DNA from: Cyanophora paradoxa CCMP329
Lineage: Eukaryota > Plantae > Glaucophyta
Length of the DNA stretch: 64,000 nt
Assembly: GCA_004431415.1 (NCBI GenBank)
Contig: QPMI01000395.1
Location: forward strand, 620,001 to 684,000
Direction of reading: 5' to 3'
A model generated the notes under the pieces. That model was not told where the DNA came from. It did not search any database and worked only from the letters and a program-made list of their open reading frames with translations. Positions 36,052 to 45,450 of this stretch are shown here, one piece after another (position 1 is the first letter of the stretch; every line of letters begins with the position of its first letter). A program made the translations under genes and the position numbers.

Positions 36052-36305
36052 AACTACGCAACTACATAGCGAAGCTACGCAATTTAATACTGGAAACTAC
36101 GCATTTAATACCAAAACTACGCAACTACGCAACTTTCTGCAAAAGGTTTGAAGGTCGGGGCGGCAAAAATTCTGAAAAGCGCAAAAGTTGCGTAGTTGCG
36201 TAGTTTTGGTTTCGTTTGCGTAGTTTTGGTTTCGAATTGCGTAGTTTTTCAGGGATAGATGCGTATTTTTGAGTAGTTTATTATATTAATTAAGTAGTTT
36301 ATTAT
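36052..36305. repeat. Internal copy of the type-C ACTACGCA iteron hairpin, a putative replication origin
   Basis: 27-bp perfect arms at 36110-36136 and 36184-36210; spacer and flanks resemble TIR segment ~19010-19250. Confidence 0.88.
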
Positions 36306-36387
36306 TTTGTATACTATATATCGTGCCATTCTCAAAATTTGACCAAGGTATATAAGCCTACCTTTGATTGTATATACTGACAACACA

Positions 36388-36660
36388 ATGACCGCTATCA
36401 GACCTACCTATACGCACGTCCTGACTGCGGACGAGATCACCCAAACCGCGACCATGGATATTGAAGCCACACAGGATCTTTTCAGGCGAATATTCGGTTA
36501 CTACCCGAATTGCCGTGGTAAAAGAACCCGCACCCATGTCATCAAATCGGGCGATATACAACTTGTTATAGAGCTGCCCGAAAACGTAAAGCTCTCGGTC
36601 AGGAGCGTCAGTAAGCTCGCTGGGAAAAATTTGTCGGGGCGCACCATACAAAGTCCGTAA
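36388..36660 (+). CDS. Hypothetical protein, 90 aa
   Basis: ATG at 36388 in ORF 36364-36660; AAAATTTGA upstream at 36334. Confidence 0.55.
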   Translation: MTAIRPTYTHVLTADEITQTATMDIEATQDLFRRIFGYYPNCRGKRTRTHVIKSGDIQLVIELPENVKLSVRSVSKLAGKNLSGRTIQSP

Positions 36661-36712
36661 AATTTGATCATCGGGAAAAATTATTTTCAGACATAACACA
36701 ACACTGAATCAA

Positions 36713-36991
36713 ATGGAGAACGATATGCAAATTAGCCTTAACGATGTTGTTAAGAGTTTGGTTTGGGAGAAGATGAGCCTAAGATTCCAAAAGCACGGGC
36801 GGAATTTCGAAAGGGAGGTGAGTGAGCGGAAATTCGACAGGAAAATAATGCAACTGACTGAAAAGAGAATAGGAGAGTGTATTCTGGGTTCCGATAATGC
36901 ACGTAGAAATGCACAGGCGTCGCATAGCGCGCGTTATACGCGCCAAAGGCTCCAACAGAAACTCGCGAAACGCGCCGAAAATGAGAAATAA
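36713..36991 (+). CDS. Hypothetical basic protein, 92 aa
   Basis: ATG-initiated, co-oriented and preceded by shared upstream motifs. Confidence 0.6.
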   Translation: MENDMQISLNDVVKSLVWEKMSLRFQKHGRNFEREVSERKFDRKIMQLTEKRIGECILGSDNARRNAQASHSARYTRQRLQQKLAKRAENEK

Positions 36992-37013
36992 AAATGTTCC
37001 CTTAGAGTAAAAG

Positions 37014-40000
37014 ATGCCCCGCCAAACTAATCGCCTGATCAAAGAGAAAAAAGACGAAATATTAGGCTTGTTAGGTAGTCTTTTAGTCACTGGGGAGATC
37101 ACCGAAGCCGAATACGATCGGAGGGCGGCGATCTTAGATCGAAAACCCCGCTTAGCTAACCTTGCGAATATTGCCGACGAGCTCTACAATCGCCTGGAAA
37201 ATGTGGAGCGCTTCTATACCGAAGGGAGGCGCTTAGCCGTCATAGAACCCGATGAGGAAGACGGTTTCGCAATGAATAAAGCATACGCCTGGTATAGCTA
37301 TAAGGCGGATGAACAGATAATCTTAGATCCGGTGGAATTTCTCACTACCATCGCTGCAAATCTGCCTGGGCGGCTGAAAGAGAGGCTGGACGAACTGAAA
37401 GCTATTAAGGTGCGCCTTACTTTCATCTGCCGATACGTAAAAGTGAGTGATCCTAACGTTTTTATCACCAAACACATTTACAGCGATTATTTCGTAATCA
37501 CAAGGTCGCGCAATATTCTCACTGAGTTAGTGGGTGTAGCTCAGCAAATGAATGAACAGATGATACAGGTCGACAGCTACCGGCTCAGTAAATTAGATAA
37601 GCTACATGTCGCCGTTTTGTCATATGCGCCGATGGGCGGTTGCTACATTGAGACCCCCGAATGGATTGGATTAAAGCGAGCCACAGTAAATATTAAGAAT
37701 ATCGATGGTCACGACTGTTTTAATTACGCTATCCTCGCATGGCTGCACAGAAACGACATAAACAGACACAAACGTAATGATCCGTTCCAATATAGGCGGT
37801 GGATGACTGAACTCGACTTCTCAGGCATTAACTTCCCGGTGGCATGCGATGCTGCATTAATAGATCGGTTCGAGGCAAATAATCCCGAGCTGTCAATTAA
37901 TATATATGGCGCCGACAATGCGACCCAAACCTTTTATCCACTGCACATGTCAAGTAATCCGCGTCGTAAATCGAAGGTAAACCTGCTGCTGATCGAGGAC
38001 GCAAACGGACAAGGTCACTATATAACGATAATGTCACTGAGCCGCCTATTAAAGACCACCTTTGATAAAGCAAACGACGGGCGCATTTTCTACTGCGAAA
38101 CCTGTTTGTCCCGGTTTAGATCACAGGAGAAACTCGATAGCCACACCGACTCTAATCGCTGTATCGATTGGAGAATGAGTAAAGGTAAATGCCCCGAACC
38201 CGGAAGCTTTATTACTTTCGGACTGCAACACCTAAGGAAAATGGTGTGGCTGCCCACTGTCTGCTACTGCAAAGTAGAGATGGAGTCGGTGCCGGTTCCT
38301 AATGAACCAAATCGAACCAAGCGAGAGGTAAAGTCGGTGGCACTTAATGTTGTTATGGGCTCTCATGTTGAAAATCACGAATTCGAGGGCGTGGATCCGC
38401 TGGGACAGATGTTTACCACGTTAGGGGATCTGTGTCGCGAGATGCTTAATACCCTATTTACCAACACGCCTATGATCCCGCTCACAGAGGCGCAAAAGCA
38501 AGCCTATAAGCTCACCAAGCACTGCTATATATGCAATCAGCGGTTTACCCACGAAAACTTCCCTGTGCGCGATCACTGTCACCAAAGCGGCGATTATATA
38601 GGGAAAGCTTGCCGAAAGTGCAATTTACATAGGAGGATCTCAAAGCAAACGAAAGTAGCCGTGGTTATTGATCGGATGGACGAGTGCGGGCATGCTATAT
38701 TCAGGAAAATCGCACAGCAAGACGACAAGCTGCGGGTCGAGATCCTAAGTAAGAATTTCGACGAGTATCTGTCTTTACAGTGGGGACTTTACAAATTCAT
38801 AGATGCATCGAATTTCATGGATTTTCAGGCGTCCGATGTTAATGATCTCATGGTAAAATTCGGTAAATTCAGCATGCTCGCCCATGAGCAATACGGACTG
38901 GATCCCACGCATTATGTGAGCGCACCGGGACTATCGTGGGACGCGATGTTAAAGCATACGAGGGTCGCGATAGAACAGATCAGCGATGCGGATCAATACG
39001 AATTTATTGAGCGGGCGATTAGGGGCGGCTTTGCGACCATGCCCACACGATATGCCGAGGCAAATAGCGAGAATAAACATATAGTGCTATTGGACGCTAA
39101 TAACCTGTATGGGTTTGCGCTCAGTCAGCCTTTACCGGTCGGGGACTATCGCTGGGACGACACAAGCACAGCGTTTACCGAGGTCGTAGGGCGGAGTGCA
39201 TTTATAGAGGTCGACCTTGCGTATCCGGACTATTTAAAGGGCGACCATCGCGATTTCCCGCTAATCGTGAGTAAAGAGGTAATTACTGTGGACATGCTCG
39301 GCAAGTATCAGCGTGGGCTTTTGGAGATTAGCGGCGAGAAGCTCAGTAAAGATCCGAAGCTGATCGCCTCGTTTACCCCGAAATATAATTACGTGGTGTC
39401 TCAGCCGATGCTGCTCTATATGGTAAAAAAGGGGATCGTAGTTACTAAGATTCACCGCGTGCTCTCGTTTGCAACCGCTGCATTTATGAAGCCCTACATA
39501 GATCTGAACACGAAACTGCGAAAGGAAGCCCGGAATAAATTCGAGAGCGACTTCTTTAAATTAATGAACAATGCTATTTACGGTAAATGCCTGGAATCGT
39601 GTCGAGGGCGCTCAGTGGTAAAGATCGCGAATAGCACGAAGCTGTTTAAGAAATACGCCGCGAGCCCACTGGTAAAAGCGACGAATGTATTAAACGAGAC
39701 TGCGGTCGCCTTTGAAATGTATAGTAAACACGTAAAACTCGATAAACCGGTTGCGATTGGCGCTTATGTGCTGGATGCCGCGAAGCTACATAATTATAGC
39801 TTCTTTTACGACGTGATCCGACCGACTTTCTCGCAAGCTCAGCTGCTGTTCCACGATACCGATTCGTTCTGTCTGTATATAGAGAGCGCGGATCTGGAAG
39901 CGGGCATGCGAGCGATCAGCCCTTATTTAGATTGCCCTTATAGTCCCGAGAACCGGATGGTTCCCGGTAAATATAAAAATGAGATGCCGGACGTCAAGAT

Positions 40001-40277
40001 AGTGGAGTATGTGGGACTGCGACCGAAGCTATATGCTTTCCGCACCGAGAGCTACGACAAGGTAAAAATGAGCGGGACAGCCTCGAAAGAGGTGCATTTC
40101 GACGACTTTAAGCGCTGCCTATTTGACGGGATCACAAAAACAGTAACAGTAGTAAACAAGCAACGGCGATGCCACCACTTATATGATTTGGAGAGCAAGC
40201 GGATAGCGCTGACCCAATTCGATGGCAAGCGCTGCATATCAGGCGACGGCATACATAGCCTTCCATTCGGCTGTTAG
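37014..40277 (+). CDS. polB: Protein-primed family B DNA polymerase (Polinton type) with vOTU-like, C2H2 and endonuclease-VII-like Zn segments, 1,087 aa
   Basis: LDANNLYG (motif A), KLMNNAIYGK (B), FHDTDSF (C), GLRPKLYA, LDPTHYVSAPGLSWDAMLK. N-terminal part has NIKNIDGHDCFNYAIL...GHY, CETC...H...C and CYIC...RDHCH..G.Y.G.AC..CN. Confidence 0.96.
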   Translation: MPRQTNRLIKEKKDEILGLLGSLLVTGEITEAEYDRRAAILDRKPRLANLANIADELYNRLENVERFYTEGRRLAVIEPDEEDGFAMNKAYAWYSYKADEQIILDPVEFLTTIAANLPGRLKERLDELKAIKVRLTFICRYVKVSDPNVFITKHIYSDYFVITRSRNILTELVGVAQQMNEQMIQVDSYRLSKLDKLHVAVLSYAPMGGCYIETPEWIGLKRATVNIKNIDGHDCFNYAILAWLHRNDINRHKRNDPFQYRRWMTELDFSGINFPVACDAALIDRFEANNPELSINIYGADNATQTFYPLHMSSNPRRKSKVNLLLIEDANGQGHYITIMSLSRLLKTTFDKANDGRIFYCETCLSRFRSQEKLDSHTDSNRCIDWRMSKGKCPEPGSFITFGLQHLRKMVWLPTVCYCKVEMESVPVPNEPNRTKREVKSVALNVVMGSHVENHEFEGVDPLGQMFTTLGDLCREMLNTLFTNTPMIPLTEAQKQAYKLTKHCYICNQRFTHENFPVRDHCHQSGDYIGKACRKCNLHRRISKQTKVAVVIDRMDECGHAIFRKIAQQDDKLRVEILSKNFDEYLSLQWGLYKFIDASNFMDFQASDVNDLMVKFGKFSMLAHEQYGLDPTHYVSAPGLSWDAMLKHTRVAIEQISDADQYEFIERAIRGGFATMPTRYAEANSENKHIVLLDANNLYGFALSQPLPVGDYRWDDTSTAFTEVVGRSAFIEVDLAYPDYLKGDHRDFPLIVSKEVITVDMLGKYQRGLLEISGEKLSKDPKLIASFTPKYNYVVSQPMLLYMVKKGIVVTKIHRVLSFATAAFMKPYIDLNTKLRKEARNKFESDFFKLMNNAIYGKCLESCRGRSVVKIANSTKLFKKYAASPLVKATNVLNETAVAFEMYSKHVKLDKPVAIGAYVLDAAKLHNYSFFYDVIRPTFSQAQLLFHDTDSFCLYIESADLEAGMRAISPYLDCPYSPENRMVPGKYKNEMPDVKIVEYVGLRPKLYAFRTESYDKVKMSGTASKEVHFDDFKRCLFDGITKTVTVVNKQRRCHHLYDLESKRIALTQFDGKRCISGDGIHSLPFGC

Positions 40278-40608
40278 TCGTCTATCTTATCATGCGTTCT
40301 TTTTCTTGGTTTGCGCTCTAATTGAAGGAGCTGTCGCCTTAGGATATGTAAAAGCCATATGCACTTTAATCCGGGGTCGTCAGGGTCGATTAGGAAGTAA
40401 TTGGGGATCGGGTGCGCGTCCCATATCGGGGCGTCCATTTTACTGTTTACTGCACGTTTTTATTGCGCGTTTTGCGGTGTTTATTGTCAGGATTTTCATT
40501 AATTATTAAAATCTCGACAATAAACGCTCAGGTAGCCTGATTTTATTGACAGTAAACGTGAGAGTCTCACCACGATCGCTGTAAAAATTGAAAGCCCGTG
40601 GGCAACGC

Positions 40609-40673
40609 AAAATGATTTAAGGAGAACGCGCTACATTTAGGCAACAGGAAAATATTTTCTCAGGTTAAAGTAA
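40609..40673 (+). promoter_or_regulatory. Second copy of the bipartite promoter-like cassette, with AAAATTGA just upstream (40584-40591)
   Basis: AAAATGATTTAAGG...AAAATATTTTCTCAGGTTAAAGTAA before ATG 40683. Confidence 0.65.
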
Positions 40674-40682
40674 AAGGCGACA

Positions 40683-41371
40683 ATGGACAACGCAATTGAA
40701 GGCGACGAACGTCAGCGCCACCGATCGATAATGAGCATTCTAAAAGAAGGCAACCCTGTATTCGCTACCTTTCTTGGTCTGAATGATGAACAAATGAATA
40801 CGATTATCCGTCTTGTTAGTCTGATGGATATTCAAAACATACTTTTCTCCGTGATCGGCTATTTTCCTGCAAACCCCAATAGAATGTATGGGAAAATGGT
40901 CGACAATCGCTTTTCTGGTTTACGTATCCGGAAATACCGCACGAGGAGAGAAGGGAGTTATTCGAAGAAGACCCCAACGTAATTGCTGCCGATTTTGTGG
41001 AAGTGATCGACCCTGTTAAAGTATTTGAAGGATCTGGATTAGATGCGAATTCAGGCGATCTTCTATTCGCACTGATTCATGCTCAGGCTCAGAAGTCAGA
41101 AAAGAGGCGTGAGCGTGAACGTCAGGAAGCGATGCGGCGCGTTTATTTAGATGTGCCGCGGAGAGACCTTTCACAGTCCTATCCTAAATTCGAAGCGCAT
41201 GGATTAACTATTAAATCTCGGGCGACCTTGCGCAAATTCTTAAAGGAAAACGGGCATCGTGGGACAAGCATAATGGGTGGTTTACATACGATAGAAACAG
41301 CATCGTTGTTAAGATCTTCCGCCCTGATTTACCGTAAACAAACAATACCTTTTCTTGTCGCCTGCATGTAA
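40683..41371 (+). CDS. Hypothetical protein, probably one ~229-aa gene split by a 1-nt frameshift near 40883
   Basis: The frame of ORF 40997-41371 is open back to 40883 (NVWENGRQSLFWFTYPEIPHEERRELFEED...). One extra A at AATAGAATG fuses it to ORF 40683. Confidence 0.55.
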
Positions 41372-41400
41372 AATGTTACATTGATCTTTTTTATTGTCTG

Positions 41401-42843
41401 ATGACAAGGATGTCAAGACCGCCCATAGTAAGACGATCGCAAGATTTAGAGGGGAGCACATTGCCGATCCCCGTGCCGAAAGAGAATAAAGAGAGCCGCA
41501 TAGTAAAGCGGTCTGATTTAAAGGCTTTGGTGCCCCGCGACGTGCCCGTAGCCCTTGCTGTCCCGGAGGAATCGAAAATTGCCCGGAAGTTTTACAGTCC
41601 GCAAACCGGTTTCAAAGGGATCACTAAGCTACGGCAAGAGCTGCCCGACGAGAATTATAAGAAATTGCAAGAGTGGTATAGCCGGCAAGAGGTCGTTCAG
41701 ATTAATGCGCCGCACCTATCCCGCAAACGAGACCCTGCTATACCGATCCGACAGCCTCTCGATACCTACGTAATTGATCTGCTATTCTTTCCCGCTTACT
41801 CGAAGTATAATGATAATTACAGTGCTTTTCTCACGGCTATGGAGAACACATTACGGGTCGGGTTCATTATCCCGATGCGGGATAAGTCCGCGGCGTCGAC
41901 CTTAGCCGCCTTTATACAGCTGCAAAATAAGGCGCCGAGACCAATTTTCAAAGTGCAAAGCGATGCGGGAAGCGAATTCCGCAATGATATTATGCGCAAA
42001 TATTTCGAGAATCAGTTTATAGAGCATCAGATTGCGGACACAGCCGACCATCGCGCGCAAGGGCGCATAGAGGCGTTTAACAAGCAAATGCGGCGGCTAA
42101 TCACGAGCTACTGCATCGCTAATAATACGGCTCGATTTATAGATGTCCTGCCCGAATTAGAATATAACTATAATAATACGGTGCACTCTGCGACCGGCTA
42201 TATGCCTGCGGAGACCAACGAGAGTCACTATAAGCTCATAGTTCAAAAAGAAGATGCGAAATTCAAGAAATCGATAGCTTATTTGGATCAGATTCAGCCG
42301 GGCATGTCAGTAAGGCTACGGATCGAGAAGACGCCGTTCGCTAAGGGCGGTAACAATTGGAGCCGAATCGTATATACTGTCGCCGCGCGCGAGGGCTATA
42401 AGTTTATGCTAACTGATCCGGACGGCAATCGCGTAGAGGGTCGCTTTGCCTTCCACGAGCTATTCCCTGTCCAAGCTGTGGATTACCTTATGGCGCCCAC
42501 AGTAGACGCATTAGAAGCGGCAAAGGACGAGGCGCGCGTCGATGCGCAATTGCGTAGAGAGGGCATAGAAGCCGCCGCGGCTGTGCCACAAGGCACTCTA
42601 TTAGAGGATCGCGTGCAAAAAGAGAAACGCGTAAATAAAGAATTACAGCGGCTAGTAACAGCCGCCGAGCCTAAGCTATCCGGCGGCGTGAATAGCCAAC
42701 GATGGTATAAGTCGTTCTCTAATCAAACTGAGAGCTACAAGGCGCCGGAAACCAAAGCTACATTAAGAAGTAGTAGAAAAGTAGCAACGGTAGCGCCGGT
42801 AGCTAATGGCGATCGAAAAGCGACTTTGAGACCACGCAAGTAG
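41401..42843 (+). CDS. int: Retroviral-like (rve) DDE integrase, Polinton type, 480 aa
   Basis: YVIDL (D), QSDAGSEF (D), GRIEAFNK (E), YNNTVHSATGYMP and GMSVRL.IEK.PFAKG..NWS; no chromodomain visible. Confidence 0.95.
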   Translation: MTRMSRPPIVRRSQDLEGSTLPIPVPKENKESRIVKRSDLKALVPRDVPVALAVPEESKIARKFYSPQTGFKGITKLRQELPDENYKKLQEWYSRQEVVQINAPHLSRKRDPAIPIRQPLDTYVIDLLFFPAYSKYNDNYSAFLTAMENTLRVGFIIPMRDKSAASTLAAFIQLQNKAPRPIFKVQSDAGSEFRNDIMRKYFENQFIEHQIADTADHRAQGRIEAFNKQMRRLITSYCIANNTARFIDVLPELEYNYNNTVHSATGYMPAETNESHYKLIVQKEDAKFKKSIAYLDQIQPGMSVRLRIEKTPFAKGGNNWSRIVYTVAAREGYKFMLTDPDGNRVEGRFAFHELFPVQAVDYLMAPTVDALEAAKDEARVDAQLRREGIEAAAAVPQGTLLEDRVQKEKRVNKELQRLVTAAEPKLSGGVNSQRWYKSFSNQTESYKAPETKATLRSSRKVATVAPVANGDRKATLRPRK

Positions 42844-43762
42844 TAGGCGCCGCGGTGCTTTCGTAGCCGCCAAATCGCGCCCTTTGCGAATCAGACCGCG
42901 CCGCTTTGTAGTAGCGTAGAACTACTCTATACGCGCGCGGATGCGAAGTATGACTAGTGGAGCCTCACGGGAACGCGCGCCGGCGCGCACGACGTAGGGG
43001 ACACCTCGGTTTTCGGGCACCTGTGCCTATGGAGAATTCGCGCTTCGCGCCATGGTTGAGTAAGCTAGTCAAACTAGCACCAACATGCCCGGAAGCAAGT
43101 TGTGAGCACGTAGCAATTGAGAGCGCGCCGAGATCGGCTTGCTGTCCAAAGTTATGCCCGGAAAACGAAAGGGGGGGTCGCCGCCGAGTCGCGATCGCGG
43201 TGTTATGGTAAATATTTGCCGGCGACTCGGGACTCGGGACTCGGGACTCGGGACTCCGGGAAGTTGGCAAGTCGGTCAGTCACTGGTCAGTCATAGTCAG
43301 TCAAGTTTTGGTGTCGGCTTGTCGTTAAATCGACAAGTAATGGCGGCTTGTCGAAAAAACGTCAAGTCTGTTGCGGCTTGTCGTAAAAACGTCAAGCCGA
43401 CGAAAGATATACCCCAATCGGTTACGCGAGCCTCTACCCCAATCGGTTACGCCCGCATAACCGGTTACGCGAGCCTCTACCCCAATCGGTTACGGTCACA
43501 TCCGCGATTGGTCGAACATCGAAAAACACATAAAAAACTACTTTGTGGCATGCTATATGTTTTCGGGATCGCCGTGATGTGATGACCCCGAATATGTCGG
43601 TGACGCCGGTGTATATATGTATATGTCGTGATATGCGAAAAAAACAAAAAAAAACAAAAAATGCAAAGTTGTGCGGGATCACTCACACAGAGGTTCGGAC
43701 ATATATACGAAATATATGCATGGCTAAATCGTTATTGTTTTCATAGAACTCGCATGTAGTTT

Positions 43763-45450
43763 GCATGTATCTTGCATAGTGGGCGGGGCGCACTGTTTCA
43801 CACTAAGGTCAATCGATTTTCATAGAGTCTCAGACTGATAACAATAAGATAAATAATAAACTACTTTATAATTAATAAAAACTACTTTAAACTACTCAAC
43901 TACCTATGTTAAACTACGCAACTTAATACCGGAAACTACGCCATTAATACCAAAACTACGCAACTACGCAAGTTTTTCACTTTTCTAATTTTTTTCCCCC
44001 GCCAACTTCTAAACTTTTTCAGAAAGTTGCGTAGTTGCGTAGTTTTGGTATTAAATGTGTAGTTTTCGGTATTAAAAGCGATCAGATTGCGTAGTTTTCA
44101 TGCGTAGTTACGTTAAATTGCGTAGTCTACCGGGAGTCCGCATGCATTTAGGTGCGAGACTATTGCGTAGCCTATAAAACGGTCGTGTTTCAGTGCGAAA
44201 CTATCGCGTAGCTTCCCTTGTAGTATGCCGGCGCTCTTTTCAGTAGAGAAATCATGGTATATATCATAGAATCATATTGATATTAATAAGAAACTACTTT
44301 ATAATATATAAACTACTTGAAACTACTCAACTTCCCCTGAAAAACTACGCAATTCGAAACCAAAACTACGCAAACGAAACCAAAACTACGCAACTACGCA
44401 AGTTTTTCACTTTTCTAAATTTTTCCCGCCCCGAGTTTCAAACTTTTTCTGAAAGTTGCGTAGTTGCGTAGTTTTGGTATCTTTTCAGTAGTTCCCGGTA
44501 TTAAATTGCGTAGTTTCTTTGAGTAGTTGCGGTAAATTGCGTAGTTTCTATGTGTAGCCGCACGATCTCGATGCGAAACTCATGCATTTACGTGCTAATC
44601 AGTAAGGTGTTACAGGTGTTACAGGTCTATCCCAAAGTTTCCTATCCCCCACCCCCTCCTAGGGCAAAGTTTGGGATGAACCTGTAACACCTGTAACAAT
44701 GACCTAATTCAGTAAGAACCTATTAAAACAACAAAATATCAGTCTTAGTATATCATAATAATATCAGTAGTAATTATTTTTGTATTATAACGATCAATTT
44801 CGTATCGTTTTCAGTGCGAAACTATTCACTATCACATATTTTCGATGCGCGCGAAATGTTTTATGCAGCACACGATAATTGTTTACGTTGTTACAGGTGT
44901 TACAGGTCTTGCCCAAACTCGGGAACCAAGACCCCACTCCTAGGGCGGACTTTGGGATAAACCTGTAACACCTGTAACACTGAATAAGACCAATTAAAAT
45001 ACAAAAGAATCAATTATAATATATCATAGATCTACTTTGTTTTATAGAGAGCCGAATACAGAACGTTCCATGCAGCTCATGGTAGTTGTTTTTGATGAAA
45101 CGACGCATGATCGTCGATTATGCATTGAAAATTCAGAACAACACACATATACAACGCCCGGCTTTTAGACTGAGGCAAGTTATAATTAAACTAAGTTGAG
45201 TCACACCTAAACTATAATGAATCTCACGAGATATATAAGTCTACTCATCGAGAATATAGCTAAACTTCACATAAACTATACATATTTCACATATTTTATT
45301 AAAAAGAAGCTATAACTCACGATAAAATAAATACATATAACAGATAAAACACACACATATTCACGTTAGATCTATTATAAATACAGGTTATATACTAACG
45401 ATATCAATTTAAATTAGCCGAGGTCTAAAAGCCGGGCGTTGTATATGTGT
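43763..45450 (-). repeat. Right terminal inverted repeat (1,688 bp)
   Basis: Reverse complement of 18082-19769. Confidence 0.97.

Larger units (their letters stand above)
18082..45450. mobile_element. Complete endogenous Polinton/Maverick-like virus (27,369 bp)
   Basis: 1,688-bp TIRs, 6-bp TSD, and intronless, densely packed, AT-richer ORFs encoding pPolB, rve integrase, A32-like ATPase, capsid proteins and a D5-like primase-helicase. Confidence 0.97.

Noticed and set aside
18082-45450. Bacterial prophage or contaminant contig
   Set aside because: The TIRs and TSD join cleanly to an intron-containing eukaryotic gene, and the core genes are Polinton-type. No terminase, portal or tail-tube genes were seen.
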